Positions 55,125-63,414 of a stretch of 64,000 nt of DNA are shown piece by piece. The DNA lies in assembly GCA_017635565.1 (NCBI GenBank), contig JAGBLE010000009.1, positions 4,932-68,931 on the forward strand, given 5' to 3'. Origin of the DNA: Bacilli bacterium. Its GTDB lineage: Bacteria; Bacillota_I; Bacilli_A; RFN20; CAG-826. The position numbers and the translations under genes were made by a program. The notes below the pieces were generated by a model, which did no database searches, was not told the origin of the DNA, and saw nothing but the letters and a program-made list of their open reading frames with translations. Position 1 is the stretch's first letter; the number at the start of each line of letters is the position of its first letter.

Positions 55125-57274
55125 TGAAAAAGAACGACGATTTCGATTTTGTTAATCTCCCAGAAGCTGCTCAAGACCCAGAAATTAAACAAGAAGACTT
55201 TGTTCTTCAACAAGCGGATAGCACAATTCATGAGCAAAGATTCCAAACTAAGCCAACAACATTCTTAAAAGATTCCTTAAAGAGATTCTCAAAAAATAAG
55301 AGTAGTGTTGTTGCAGCTTATATCTTAGGTTTCTTAATTTTACTTTCAATTTTTGTTCCAATTTTTAATACTAACGATGTTTCTAACGCCGCTAACGCTG
55401 CTTTGATTAATCTTGAACCAAAATTATTCAATAGTGGAAGCGGATTCTGGGATGGAACCACAAAAGTTAAACACTGCCCTGTTGATCCAAATAACAGTGC
55501 CCATCCTTTCTATCCTGACCCAACTGTTTATTACTATAGTGGAGTTAAGGATTTACAAGTCGAAGATGGACTTCAATACACAAATGAAGTCAATAAATTT
55601 GGACAAAACGGATATGTTCAAACCGGATTTTATGGTGGAAAAGGAAATAACGTTTCTTATTTAAATAGTAAAAACCCAAAAGAACTTTCTGCTGATTATC
55701 GTTTCACTTTAGATTTAAACACTGATGTTTTAACACTCGATAGATTTGTTGCTGTCGATGAAGAAATGTTAAAAGAAGCAGAGGGAACTGCTGGAGTAAT
55801 TCCAGAAAACTTCACCTTAGGTTTAACTGGTTTAGAATTTGTTTATTATGAAGGAGACGATTTAGAAGTTGTAGAACTCGTTTCTCCTGATTACACACAT
55901 ACGATTGGTGAAACTGGTGGAGAACCTTCTTTCAATATCAGTGAAGCAATTAAAACTGCGACTGGAAAAACAACATTCGACTCATTCTATTTTAGATTTG
56001 TTACTTCAAAACCAGCAGAAGTTGATGGTACCGCTCACGTTTGTTCATTGATCAAAAGTTTCATTATTACAACTAACTCTACTAACGATGCTCAAGAGAT
56101 TTATTTTTCAAATACGACAGATCCTGTCACTTTATTAGATGGTATTTGTTTCTTAGACGCTACTAAAATGATGGTCCGTAGTTATGAAGTTGGTTCTGGA
56201 TCAAAACTTTTAAGAAACTCTGGTTTCTGGAGCATTGATAACACAACTTCTTACTTAAAACGTATTTATTTATCCAAATCATATTTCGCTTCCTTCACAT
56301 ATGACTCATATGAAGCAACTTTAGGCGAAAGAGAATGGTCTGTTGATAATTTTGACTTATTACAATATCAAAGAAATGGTTGGATTGATTTCAACATTGA
56401 CGTCGATTATGTCGGTGGTCAATATGTAGTTGATACTACAACATTCGACTTCGTTATTCTCAATAGGGATAAATGCCCTCTTGTTAACGAGATTGACGCT
56501 AGCGATATTAACATCTTAGGCTATGTTGATGGAGATCCAATTTATTACGCAAATGTCAAAGTTATTTATTATAAATATCTTGGTTATGATGAAATGCCTA
56601 AATATCTATTTGGAACAGATAGAACCGGCAGAGATATGTTCAAATATGTCTTTGAAGGCTTAAGAAACTCATTATTGCTTGGTTTATTAACATTTGTAGT
56701 CTGTTTCTTATTTGGACTTTTATGGGGTTCTGTTTCTGGATATTTCGGTGGTGCAGTCGACCTTGTTATGGAACGTGTCACTGATATTCTTAGCGGAGTG
56801 CCGTGGATTGTTGTCATGACCATTGTCATATTAAAAGCAGGTAGTAGTTTTGGCACATTTGCTCTTGCGCTTTGTTTGACTGGTTGGATTGGTACTGCAA
56901 GTACAACACGTACTCAGTTCTATAGATTTAGAGGTCGAGAATATGTTCTCGCTTCACGTACTTTAGGTGCAAGTGATGGAAGACTTATTGCCAAACACAT
57001 TCTTCCTAACGCTTTAGGCACGATTATTACTGGAGCAGTTTTGATGATTCCAAGCGTTATTTTCTCTGAAGCAACAATTTCTTATTTAGGACTTGGCTTT
57101 AAGAATTTAAGCTCTTTGGGTGTTATCTTATCTAATAACCAAAGCGAATTAACATACCATCCATATCAATTATTATTCCCATCAGTGGTCATTGCCTTAG
57201 TTATGATTTCATTTAACTTATTTGGTAATGGTCTCCGTGATGCGATTAACCCAAGTTTGAAAGGAGAAGAATAA
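55124..57274 (+). CDS. oppC: Oligopeptide ABC transporter permease OppC with ~400-aa extracytoplasmic insertion
   Basis: TM1 at aa ~62-82, then a long non-hydrophobic region. The canonical core starts at LFGTDRTGRDMFKYVFEGLRNSL, with the loop REYVLASRTLGASDGRLIAKHILPN. TAATG overlap with oppB. Confidence 0.85.
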   Translation: MKKNDDFDFVNLPEAAQDPEIKQEDFVLQQADSTIHEQRFQTKPTTFLKDSLKRFSKNKSSVVAAYILGFLILLSIFVPIFNTNDVSNAANAALINLEPKLFNSGSGFWDGTTKVKHCPVDPNNSAHPFYPDPTVYYYSGVKDLQVEDGLQYTNEVNKFGQNGYVQTGFYGGKGNNVSYLNSKNPKELSADYRFTLDLNTDVLTLDRFVAVDEEMLKEAEGTAGVIPENFTLGLTGLEFVYYEGDDLEVVELVSPDYTHTIGETGGEPSFNISEAIKTATGKTTFDSFYFRFVTSKPAEVDGTAHVCSLIKSFIITTNSTNDAQEIYFSNTTDPVTLLDGICFLDATKMMVRSYEVGSGSKLLRNSGFWSIDNTTSYLKRIYLSKSYFASFTYDSYEATLGEREWSVDNFDLLQYQRNGWIDFNIDVDYVGGQYVVDTTTFDFVILNRDKCPLVNEIDASDINILGYVDGDPIYYANVKVIYYKYLGYDEMPKYLFGTDRTGRDMFKYVFEGLRNSLLLGLLTFVVCFLFGLLWGSVSGYFGGAVDLVMERVTDILSGVPWIVVMTIVILKAGSSFGTFALALCLTGWIGTASTTRTQFYRFRGREYVLASRTLGASDGRLIAKHILPNALGTIITGAVLMIPSVIFSEATISYLGLGFKNLSSLGVILSNNQSELTYHPYQLLFPSVVIALVMISFNLFGNGLRDAINPSLKGEE

Positions 57275-59040
57275 TGGAAGAAAAAGAAATCGTCTTATCC
57301 GTTAAAGACTTAAAAATCAACTTCTCTACAGACAATGGTTATGTTCAGGCTGTTAGAGGTGTTTCCTTTGACTTATATAAAGGAGAAACGCTTTGTATTG
57401 TTGGTGAATCTGGTAGTGGTAAATCTGTTACTAGTAAAACCATTATGGGTATTTTAGCCGCTAACGGACGAATCATGGGTGGATCAATCATGTATCAAGG
57501 TGAGGACTTGACAAAAGTCTCTGAAGATGAGTTCCACCGCATTAGAGGTCACAAAATTGGAATGATTTTCCAAGATCCTCTCTCTTCTTTAAACCCTATT
57601 GTGAGAATCGGTAAACAAATTACTGAGGCTATGCTCATCAACAACAATCGTTTAAAGAAATATTACGATGATTTAGTGGCTAATGAACTAGTTGCTTATA
57701 AAAACGCTGAAACTGAATATAAAACTAAATCTCAATTCCTTAAAGAAAGAATTAAATTCTTAAAGAGCGAACAGAAAAAAGAAATTAGCAAAATTAAAAA
57801 TGAGCCATCAATGCTTAGAAGTGGCAAATTATATACTTTATCGCTTGAATATAATGGAAAAGTTATTGAAGCAAAAGAAGTATATAAGATGAAACTTGCG
57901 GAATTAACCGCTCAAGAAGAAGGCGCTGATGAATCTTTAATTGCTTCTCTTAATGAACAAAAAGCCCAATTAAAAGCGGAATTAGATTCTAAATTAAATG
58001 CTTATAAAGAAGAAAATGACGCAAATAAAGCTGCTATTTATCAAGAAGCTTCTGAAATAAAATCTCATGTTTCTGAAAAAATAAATGAAACAAAAGAGAA
58101 ATACGCTAAACTTCTTGAAGAAGCAACTACTTCTAGTGATTCTAAAGAAGCATTAAAAGCAAAATATATTCCTTTAATCAAAGAAACAAAGGCAGCGTAT
58201 CTCGCTAAATCAAAAGTTGCTAAAGTTGAAACAAAAGAACTCGCCAAAAAATTAAAAGAAGAATATCTTGCCGAAGTTAATAAAATCAACCAAGAATATA
58301 CTTCTGAACCAGAACGCAAAAAAGCTCTCAAAGAAGCTAAATCAAATTATATTTCAAAAATTAAAATTACTAAGGCTGAAGCAAAAGCAAGAGCCTTAAA
58401 GATTATGGCGGAAGTCGGTATCTCAAACCCAGAAAAGAGATATAGACAATTCCCATTTGAATTTTCTGGTGGTATGAGACAACGTATTGTTATCGCTATT
58501 GCATTAACAGCTGACCCAGACATCTTAATTTGTGATGAACCAACTACTGCGTTAGACGTGACTATTCAAGCTCAAATCCTTGAACTTATCAATCGTCTAA
58601 AAAAAGAAAGAAATATTTCTTGTATCTTCATCACTCACGATTTGGGTGTTGTTGCTAATATGGCGGATCGTGTCGCTGTTATGTATGCTGGAAAAATTGT
58701 TGAATATGGTACTGAAGACGACATCTTCTATGACCCACGTCACCCATATACTTGGGCTTTGTTATCTTCAATTCCAGATATTAACAGTAAAGAAAAACTT
58801 GAAGCGATTCCTGGTACTCCACCAAATATGATTTATCCACCTGAAGGAGACGCTTTCGCTTTACGTAGCAAATACGCAATGGCAATCGATTTCAAAAAAG
58901 AGCCACCTCTATTTAAAATTAGTGACACTCACTATGCAGCGACTTGGCTTCTTGATCCACGCGCTCCAAAAGTGGAAATGCCAAAGATTGTTAAAACTCG
59001 TATTGAGAATTCTTTAAAAGCGGCGAAAGGAGGTAATTAA
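57274..59040 (+). CDS. oppD: Oligopeptide ABC transporter ATPase OppD with internal K/E-rich insertion
   Basis: Walker A GESGSGKS, Q-loop MIFQDPLSSLNP, signature FSGGMRQR, Walker B ILICDEPTTALD, H-loop FITHDLGVV, C-terminal PRHPYTWALLSSIP. Confidence 0.88.
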   Translation: MEEKEIVLSVKDLKINFSTDNGYVQAVRGVSFDLYKGETLCIVGESGSGKSVTSKTIMGILAANGRIMGGSIMYQGEDLTKVSEDEFHRIRGHKIGMIFQDPLSSLNPIVRIGKQITEAMLINNNRLKKYYDDLVANELVAYKNAETEYKTKSQFLKERIKFLKSEQKKEISKIKNEPSMLRSGKLYTLSLEYNGKVIEAKEVYKMKLAELTAQEEGADESLIASLNEQKAQLKAELDSKLNAYKEENDANKAAIYQEASEIKSHVSEKINETKEKYAKLLEEATTSSDSKEALKAKYIPLIKETKAAYLAKSKVAKVETKELAKKLKEEYLAEVNKINQEYTSEPERKKALKEAKSNYISKIKITKAEAKARALKIMAEVGISNPEKRYRQFPFEFSGGMRQRIVIAIALTADPDILICDEPTTALDVTIQAQILELINRLKKERNISCIFITHDLGVVANMADRVAVMYAGKIVEYGTEDDIFYDPRHPYTWALLSSIPDINSKEKLEAIPGTPPNMIYPPEGDAFALRSKYAMAIDFKKEPPLFKISDTHYAATWLLDPRAPKVEMPKIVKTRIENSLKAAKGGN

Positions 59041-59041
59041 G

Positions 59042-60562
59042 ATGAATATTGTTGATTATTTAACATATCGTATGCAAGTTCGTTTTAAACCAAGAAAAGT
59101 CTCTTTCCGCCAAGAATTGGTTGATAACGATATTGAATTATCTGTTCGACATTTAAAGCAATTCTTCAAATTTGGACATGGAAAAGGTGCTTTCAAAACA
59201 AAAGCGGTTCACGATGTTTCTTTCGACATTAAAAAAGGTGAATGCTTTGGTTTAGTCGGTGAATCTGGATGTGGTAAAACCACAACAGGTCGTAGTCTTA
59301 TTAGGTTATATAACATTACTTCTGGTTCTGTTTATTTTGAAGGAACTCGTGTTTCTGCTGGTACCAGATGGAATGAAAAAGAAATCAAATGGACTAAAAT
59401 CCGTGGCAAAAAGAAAATAAGTGAACTCAAAACTGAAGAAAAAGATGAAATTTCAAAATTAATGGACACAACAGGTGCCGTTTCTAAAATTGAAGAAATC
59501 AATCTTGAAGTCAGTAAAATTGAGCAAGAACTCGTTGATTTGAAAAGCGAATACAATGACCGTATTAGCCAATATAAAAATAATATCGCTGATGAAAACG
59601 CTAACGATGCCAAACTTGAAGAAATCAATCGCGAATATTCTTCCGAAGCTGAAATTAGAAAAGTTAAATTAGAAAAATTAAATGAAGAATTAAAAGATCT
59701 CAAAAAACAATTTAACGAATCTAAAAAAGTTCAACCAGATGAAGAGACTCTCAAAAAGATTGAAGAATTAAAGAAAAAATATGCTTCAGAAAGAGAAGCG
59801 ATTCAAAATCATATTGATGAAGTAATCAAAGAACAACTTGAAGCAATTGCGCAAATCAAATATGACAATCGACATGTCGATAAGAAATTAATGAGCAAGA
59901 TGCAAATGATCTTCCAAGATCCTGTTGATTCTCTTGATCCACGTATGACTGTTGAAGATATCATTCAAGAAGGATTACATATCCAAGGACAATATAATCG
60001 TTATAAAAACTCCCAAAGAGTGAAAGAAGTGCTTGTTAAGGTTGGACTTCTTCCTGAATATGCTTCTCGATATCCTCATGAATTTTCTGGAGGACAAAGG
60101 CAACGTATCGGTATTGCCCGTGCTCTTGTCATGAATCCTCAATTCTTGATTTGTGATGAACCTATTTCCGCTCTCGATGTTTCTATTAGAGCCCAAATCA
60201 TCAACCTTCTTAACGATTTAAAAGAAGAAATGGGATTAACAATTCTCTTTATTGCTCACGACTTATCAGTCGTTAAATATTTCTGTGACAGAATCGCAGT
60301 TATGTATTATGGAGAAATCGTTGAACTTGCAAGTAGTGATGAATTATTTGCTCATCCTCTCCATCCATACACTCACGCTTTATTATCTGCAATTCCAAAA
60401 CCAGACCCATTAAGCGAGAAAAAGAGAACGAGATATCTTTATATTCCTGCTAACGAGCACGATTATTCAAAAGAAGCTCCAAAATTAGTTGAAATCACTC
60501 CAGGTCACTGGGTACTCGCTAATAGTGTTGAGCTAGAAAAGTATAAAGAAAAACTCAAATAA
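59042..60562 (+). CDS. oppF: Oligopeptide ABC transporter ATPase OppF with internal K/E-rich insertion
   Basis: Walker A GESGCGKTT, Q-loop MIFQDPVDSLDP, signature FSGGQRQR, Walker B FLICDEPISALD, H-loop FIAHDLSVV, C-terminal HPLHPYTHALLSAIP. Confidence 0.88.
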   Translation: MNIVDYLTYRMQVRFKPRKVSFRQELVDNDIELSVRHLKQFFKFGHGKGAFKTKAVHDVSFDIKKGECFGLVGESGCGKTTTGRSLIRLYNITSGSVYFEGTRVSAGTRWNEKEIKWTKIRGKKKISELKTEEKDEISKLMDTTGAVSKIEEINLEVSKIEQELVDLKSEYNDRISQYKNNIADENANDAKLEEINREYSSEAEIRKVKLEKLNEELKDLKKQFNESKKVQPDEETLKKIEELKKKYASEREAIQNHIDEVIKEQLEAIAQIKYDNRHVDKKLMSKMQMIFQDPVDSLDPRMTVEDIIQEGLHIQGQYNRYKNSQRVKEVLVKVGLLPEYASRYPHEFSGGQRQRIGIARALVMNPQFLICDEPISALDVSIRAQIINLLNDLKEEMGLTILFIAHDLSVVKYFCDRIAVMYYGEIVELASSDELFAHPLHPYTHALLSAIPKPDPLSEKKRTRYLYIPANEHDYSKEAPKLVEITPGHWVLANSVELEKYKEKLK

Positions 60563-60569
60563 AATAATA

Positions 60570-60597
60570 AAATCTCACGATTGAGTGAGATTTTTTT
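60570..60597 (+). terminator. Rho-independent terminator after oppF
   Basis: ATCTCAC-GATTGA-GTGAGAT followed by TTTTTTT. Confidence 0.85.
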
Positions 60598-60639
60598 ATT
60601 ATGTTGTATCATTTTGTTTATATTCTATATAGAATATAT

Positions 60640-63345
60640 ATGATGAAAATTAGTTTTAAGCGTAACAAAATATTTGTTTTATCTTTTTTATTTGCGACTC
60701 TTTTAGTCGGTGGATTAGCATCTAATAACTTTAATAATAAATTAATAGAAACACACGCAGACACGAATAGTTATTGGTCAAGCATAAAACAAAGTTCCAT
60801 CGATTCTGGTGGAGAAACTTTGATGGACGCTCTTAAAACAAAAATCAGTGTTGGAGCGAAACAATTATCATATAACGAACTTTGGACCGCTTATGAAAAA
60901 ACCGATTTAGTCCCAGGAACAACCACTAAAATTTGGGATATGTATGGTGGATTTCAATTTACTTATAAAACTGACCAAGCTGGAAGTTATTCGAGTGAAG
61001 GAGATGTTTATAATCGAGAACATTCTATTCCTAAATCATGGTTTAACGAAAAAACACCAATGTATTCTGATCTTGTCCATTTAGTGCCAACTGATGGCAA
61101 AGTTAATGGAATGAGAAGTAACTACGCTTTTGGTGAAGTAAATGTTTCTACTTATTCTCATTCATTTCCAGAAAGAAAAGACGGATATGGTAATGTCATC
61201 CAAAATTCTGGAGTGTCAAGATTAGGAAGTCCAAAATCTATTAATGGATGTTCCACTAATGAAACGATAGTTTTTGAGCCAGATGACCAATATAAGGGAG
61301 ACTTTGCGCGTATATACTATTATTTTGCAACTAGATATCAAGGAGTTGCAGCTTCTGGTAGTGGAAGCGCAATCTTCTCAAATAATTACCCATATTTAAC
61401 TGCTTATGGAAAAGCACTCTTAAAAAAATGGCATGAACAAGATCCTGTTTCACAAAAAGAAATTGATAGAAATAATGGAATTGAGTCTTGTCAAAATAAT
61501 AGGAATCCTTATGTTGATCACCCAGAATGGGCTAATTCAATTTTTGGAACTAACTATAATGTTGAAGAAGCAGATCCAACAAAAGTTACCATCACCGATT
61601 CAACAATAGCGATGAAAGTAGGAGATTATCATTATTTTACTTCTTATGTTTCTCCCGCTAACGCTTCTCAATCAGTGTCTTGGACATCAAGTGATGAAAA
61701 TATTATTACGATTTCTGAAGGCGGTAATGCTTATGCGGTTAGTGAAGGAACCGCAACTTTAACAGTTAAATCAAAAGTAAATGCATCTTTATCTGATTCA
61801 ATAACTGTCACCGTTGGTGCTTCTGGTGGAGAAGATCCTGTTATTCCGCAAGGGAGTGGCACTATTAAAATTGATGGTTCTACTGAAGGCTTTAATGGAG
61901 ATGATAAAGAACACACTCTTAATGTAAGTGGCTATTCTTTTAATTGTCTTGGAAAGAAATATAGTAATAACTATGTTTGGTTTACCGAAAATAAAGGATA
62001 TTTATATAATTCAACTTCTCTTGGAAAAATTACTAAAATTACTATTAACTATGCGAAAGGTGGCTCTCCTTCTGCAATCCAAAAATTAAGTTTTGGAAAT
62101 TCAAAAATTGAAGGATTTAAGTCGACTCCTACAAATGGAACGACAATTTCAACTTCCACTCCAAATACTTCGCAGAGCTATTCTCCTACCGGAGATTATG
62201 GATTTTTCAATTTGTCAGTAAGCAATAAAAATTTACAAGCCGCTTCAATTGAAATTGAATACGAAAATAACGACACTCCAATTACTCCTGAACCAGTAGA
62301 TAAATATATTGTCGATATTTCAATATATGATTCGCCAGAAAAATTAAATTATGTTGAAGGAGAAAAAATCTCTCCTGAAGGATTAGTTATCAGTGTCAAT
62401 TATTCTGATGGCACTAGTGAAGAGATTTCTTATTTAGGAAATGAGACAAAATTTGAATTTGATCCTTCTTTAGATACCGCTTTATCAATTGGAGACGATG
62501 TCATTACAATCAAATATCAATCAAATTATTGTTATTTGGATATTAATATTACTGAATATGTTAAGCCTGATGATGTTCCTGAATCCACAATTACTTTTAA
62601 AGAAGATACAAGCTTATCTTTATTCAATATATATGTTGATTCGGTTGATTCTTCAGAAAAAGTGACTGGCTCTTTTGATATTGGAGAAGGGAATAATCCA
62701 TCAAAATATTATTCAAACGGCGATGCTGTTAGATGCTATCCAGGGAATACATTATCAATACAAAGTACAACCGCACCAATTTTATCAATAGTGTTCACAT
62801 TCGGAAGCGGAGATTCAACTAATCAAATTAGCGCTTCTAATGGAAAACTTACAGGTGATACTTGGGTTGGAAATTCAAAATCTGTTACTTTTACATTTGG
62901 TGGAAGTTCTGGAAATAGAAGGATTTCTTCTGTTGCGGTAACGTATTATAACTCATTAGCATTTGCAAAAGACTTCTTTGATTTAATCAAATGTAGTGGA
63001 ACTGATTCGGTTAATTTCTCTCAAAGAAGTTGGAATGTCACGATGAAAAATAATTTTGATTTGTTATTTGCAAGTGATAAAAGTTTATATCAAACCGCAA
63101 CTCCTAATGAATCTGGAAATGAAATTGAACAAGTCATCGCGAGATATTGCTTTATCTTAAATAAATATGGAACATCAACTTATGACAATTTCATGAATCG
63201 CTCTATTGATGTTAATGAAAGAATTGAAATGACAAGAATTGATGCAAAAGAAACTCAATCAATTGTGATTGTAATTATTTTCTTGTCAGTTTCAATTTCT
63301 TTATTTGGAATATATTTCATTATTAGACGTAAATACAATAGTTAA
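60640..63345 (+). CDS. Membrane-anchored extracellular nuclease: Endonuclease I family domain + Big_2 + Big_3-like Ig domains + C-terminal TM anchor
   Basis: Endonuclease_1-type motifs YNREHSIPKSWF and DLVHLVPTDGKVNGMRSNYAFGEV, RNPYVDHPEW. Big_2 (SPANASQSVSWTSSDENIITIS..GTATLTV). Big_3-like (KLNYVEGEKISPEGLVISVNYSDGTSEEI). C-terminal hydrophobic segment plus RRKYNS. Start at ATG 60640/60643 rather than 60601. Confidence 0.82.
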   Translation: MMKISFKRNKIFVLSFLFATLLVGGLASNNFNNKLIETHADTNSYWSSIKQSSIDSGGETLMDALKTKISVGAKQLSYNELWTAYEKTDLVPGTTTKIWDMYGGFQFTYKTDQAGSYSSEGDVYNREHSIPKSWFNEKTPMYSDLVHLVPTDGKVNGMRSNYAFGEVNVSTYSHSFPERKDGYGNVIQNSGVSRLGSPKSINGCSTNETIVFEPDDQYKGDFARIYYYFATRYQGVAASGSGSAIFSNNYPYLTAYGKALLKKWHEQDPVSQKEIDRNNGIESCQNNRNPYVDHPEWANSIFGTNYNVEEADPTKVTITDSTIAMKVGDYHYFTSYVSPANASQSVSWTSSDENIITISEGGNAYAVSEGTATLTVKSKVNASLSDSITVTVGASGGEDPVIPQGSGTIKIDGSTEGFNGDDKEHTLNVSGYSFNCLGKKYSNNYVWFTENKGYLYNSTSLGKITKITINYAKGGSPSAIQKLSFGNSKIEGFKSTPTNGTTISTSTPNTSQSYSPTGDYGFFNLSVSNKNLQAASIEIEYENNDTPITPEPVDKYIVDISIYDSPEKLNYVEGEKISPEGLVISVNYSDGTSEEISYLGNETKFEFDPSLDTALSIGDDVITIKYQSNYCYLDINITEYVKPDDVPESTITFKEDTSLSLFNIYVDSVDSSEKVTGSFDIGEGNNPSKYYSNGDAVRCYPGNTLSIQSTTAPILSIVFTFGSGDSTNQISASNGKLTGDTWVGNSKSVTFTFGGSSGNRRISSVAVTYYNSLAFAKDFFDLIKCSGTDSVNFSQRSWNVTMKNNFDLLFASDKSLYQTATPNESGNEIEQVIARYCFILNKYGTSTYDNFMNRSIDVNERIEMTRIDAKETQSIVIVIIFLSVSISLFGIYFIIRRKYNS

Positions 63346-63414
63346 ATTATTTTTATAGTTGTTTCTTCATTTATTATTTTATAAAATAATATCTTCCCTA
63401 AAAGGAGTTTTAAA

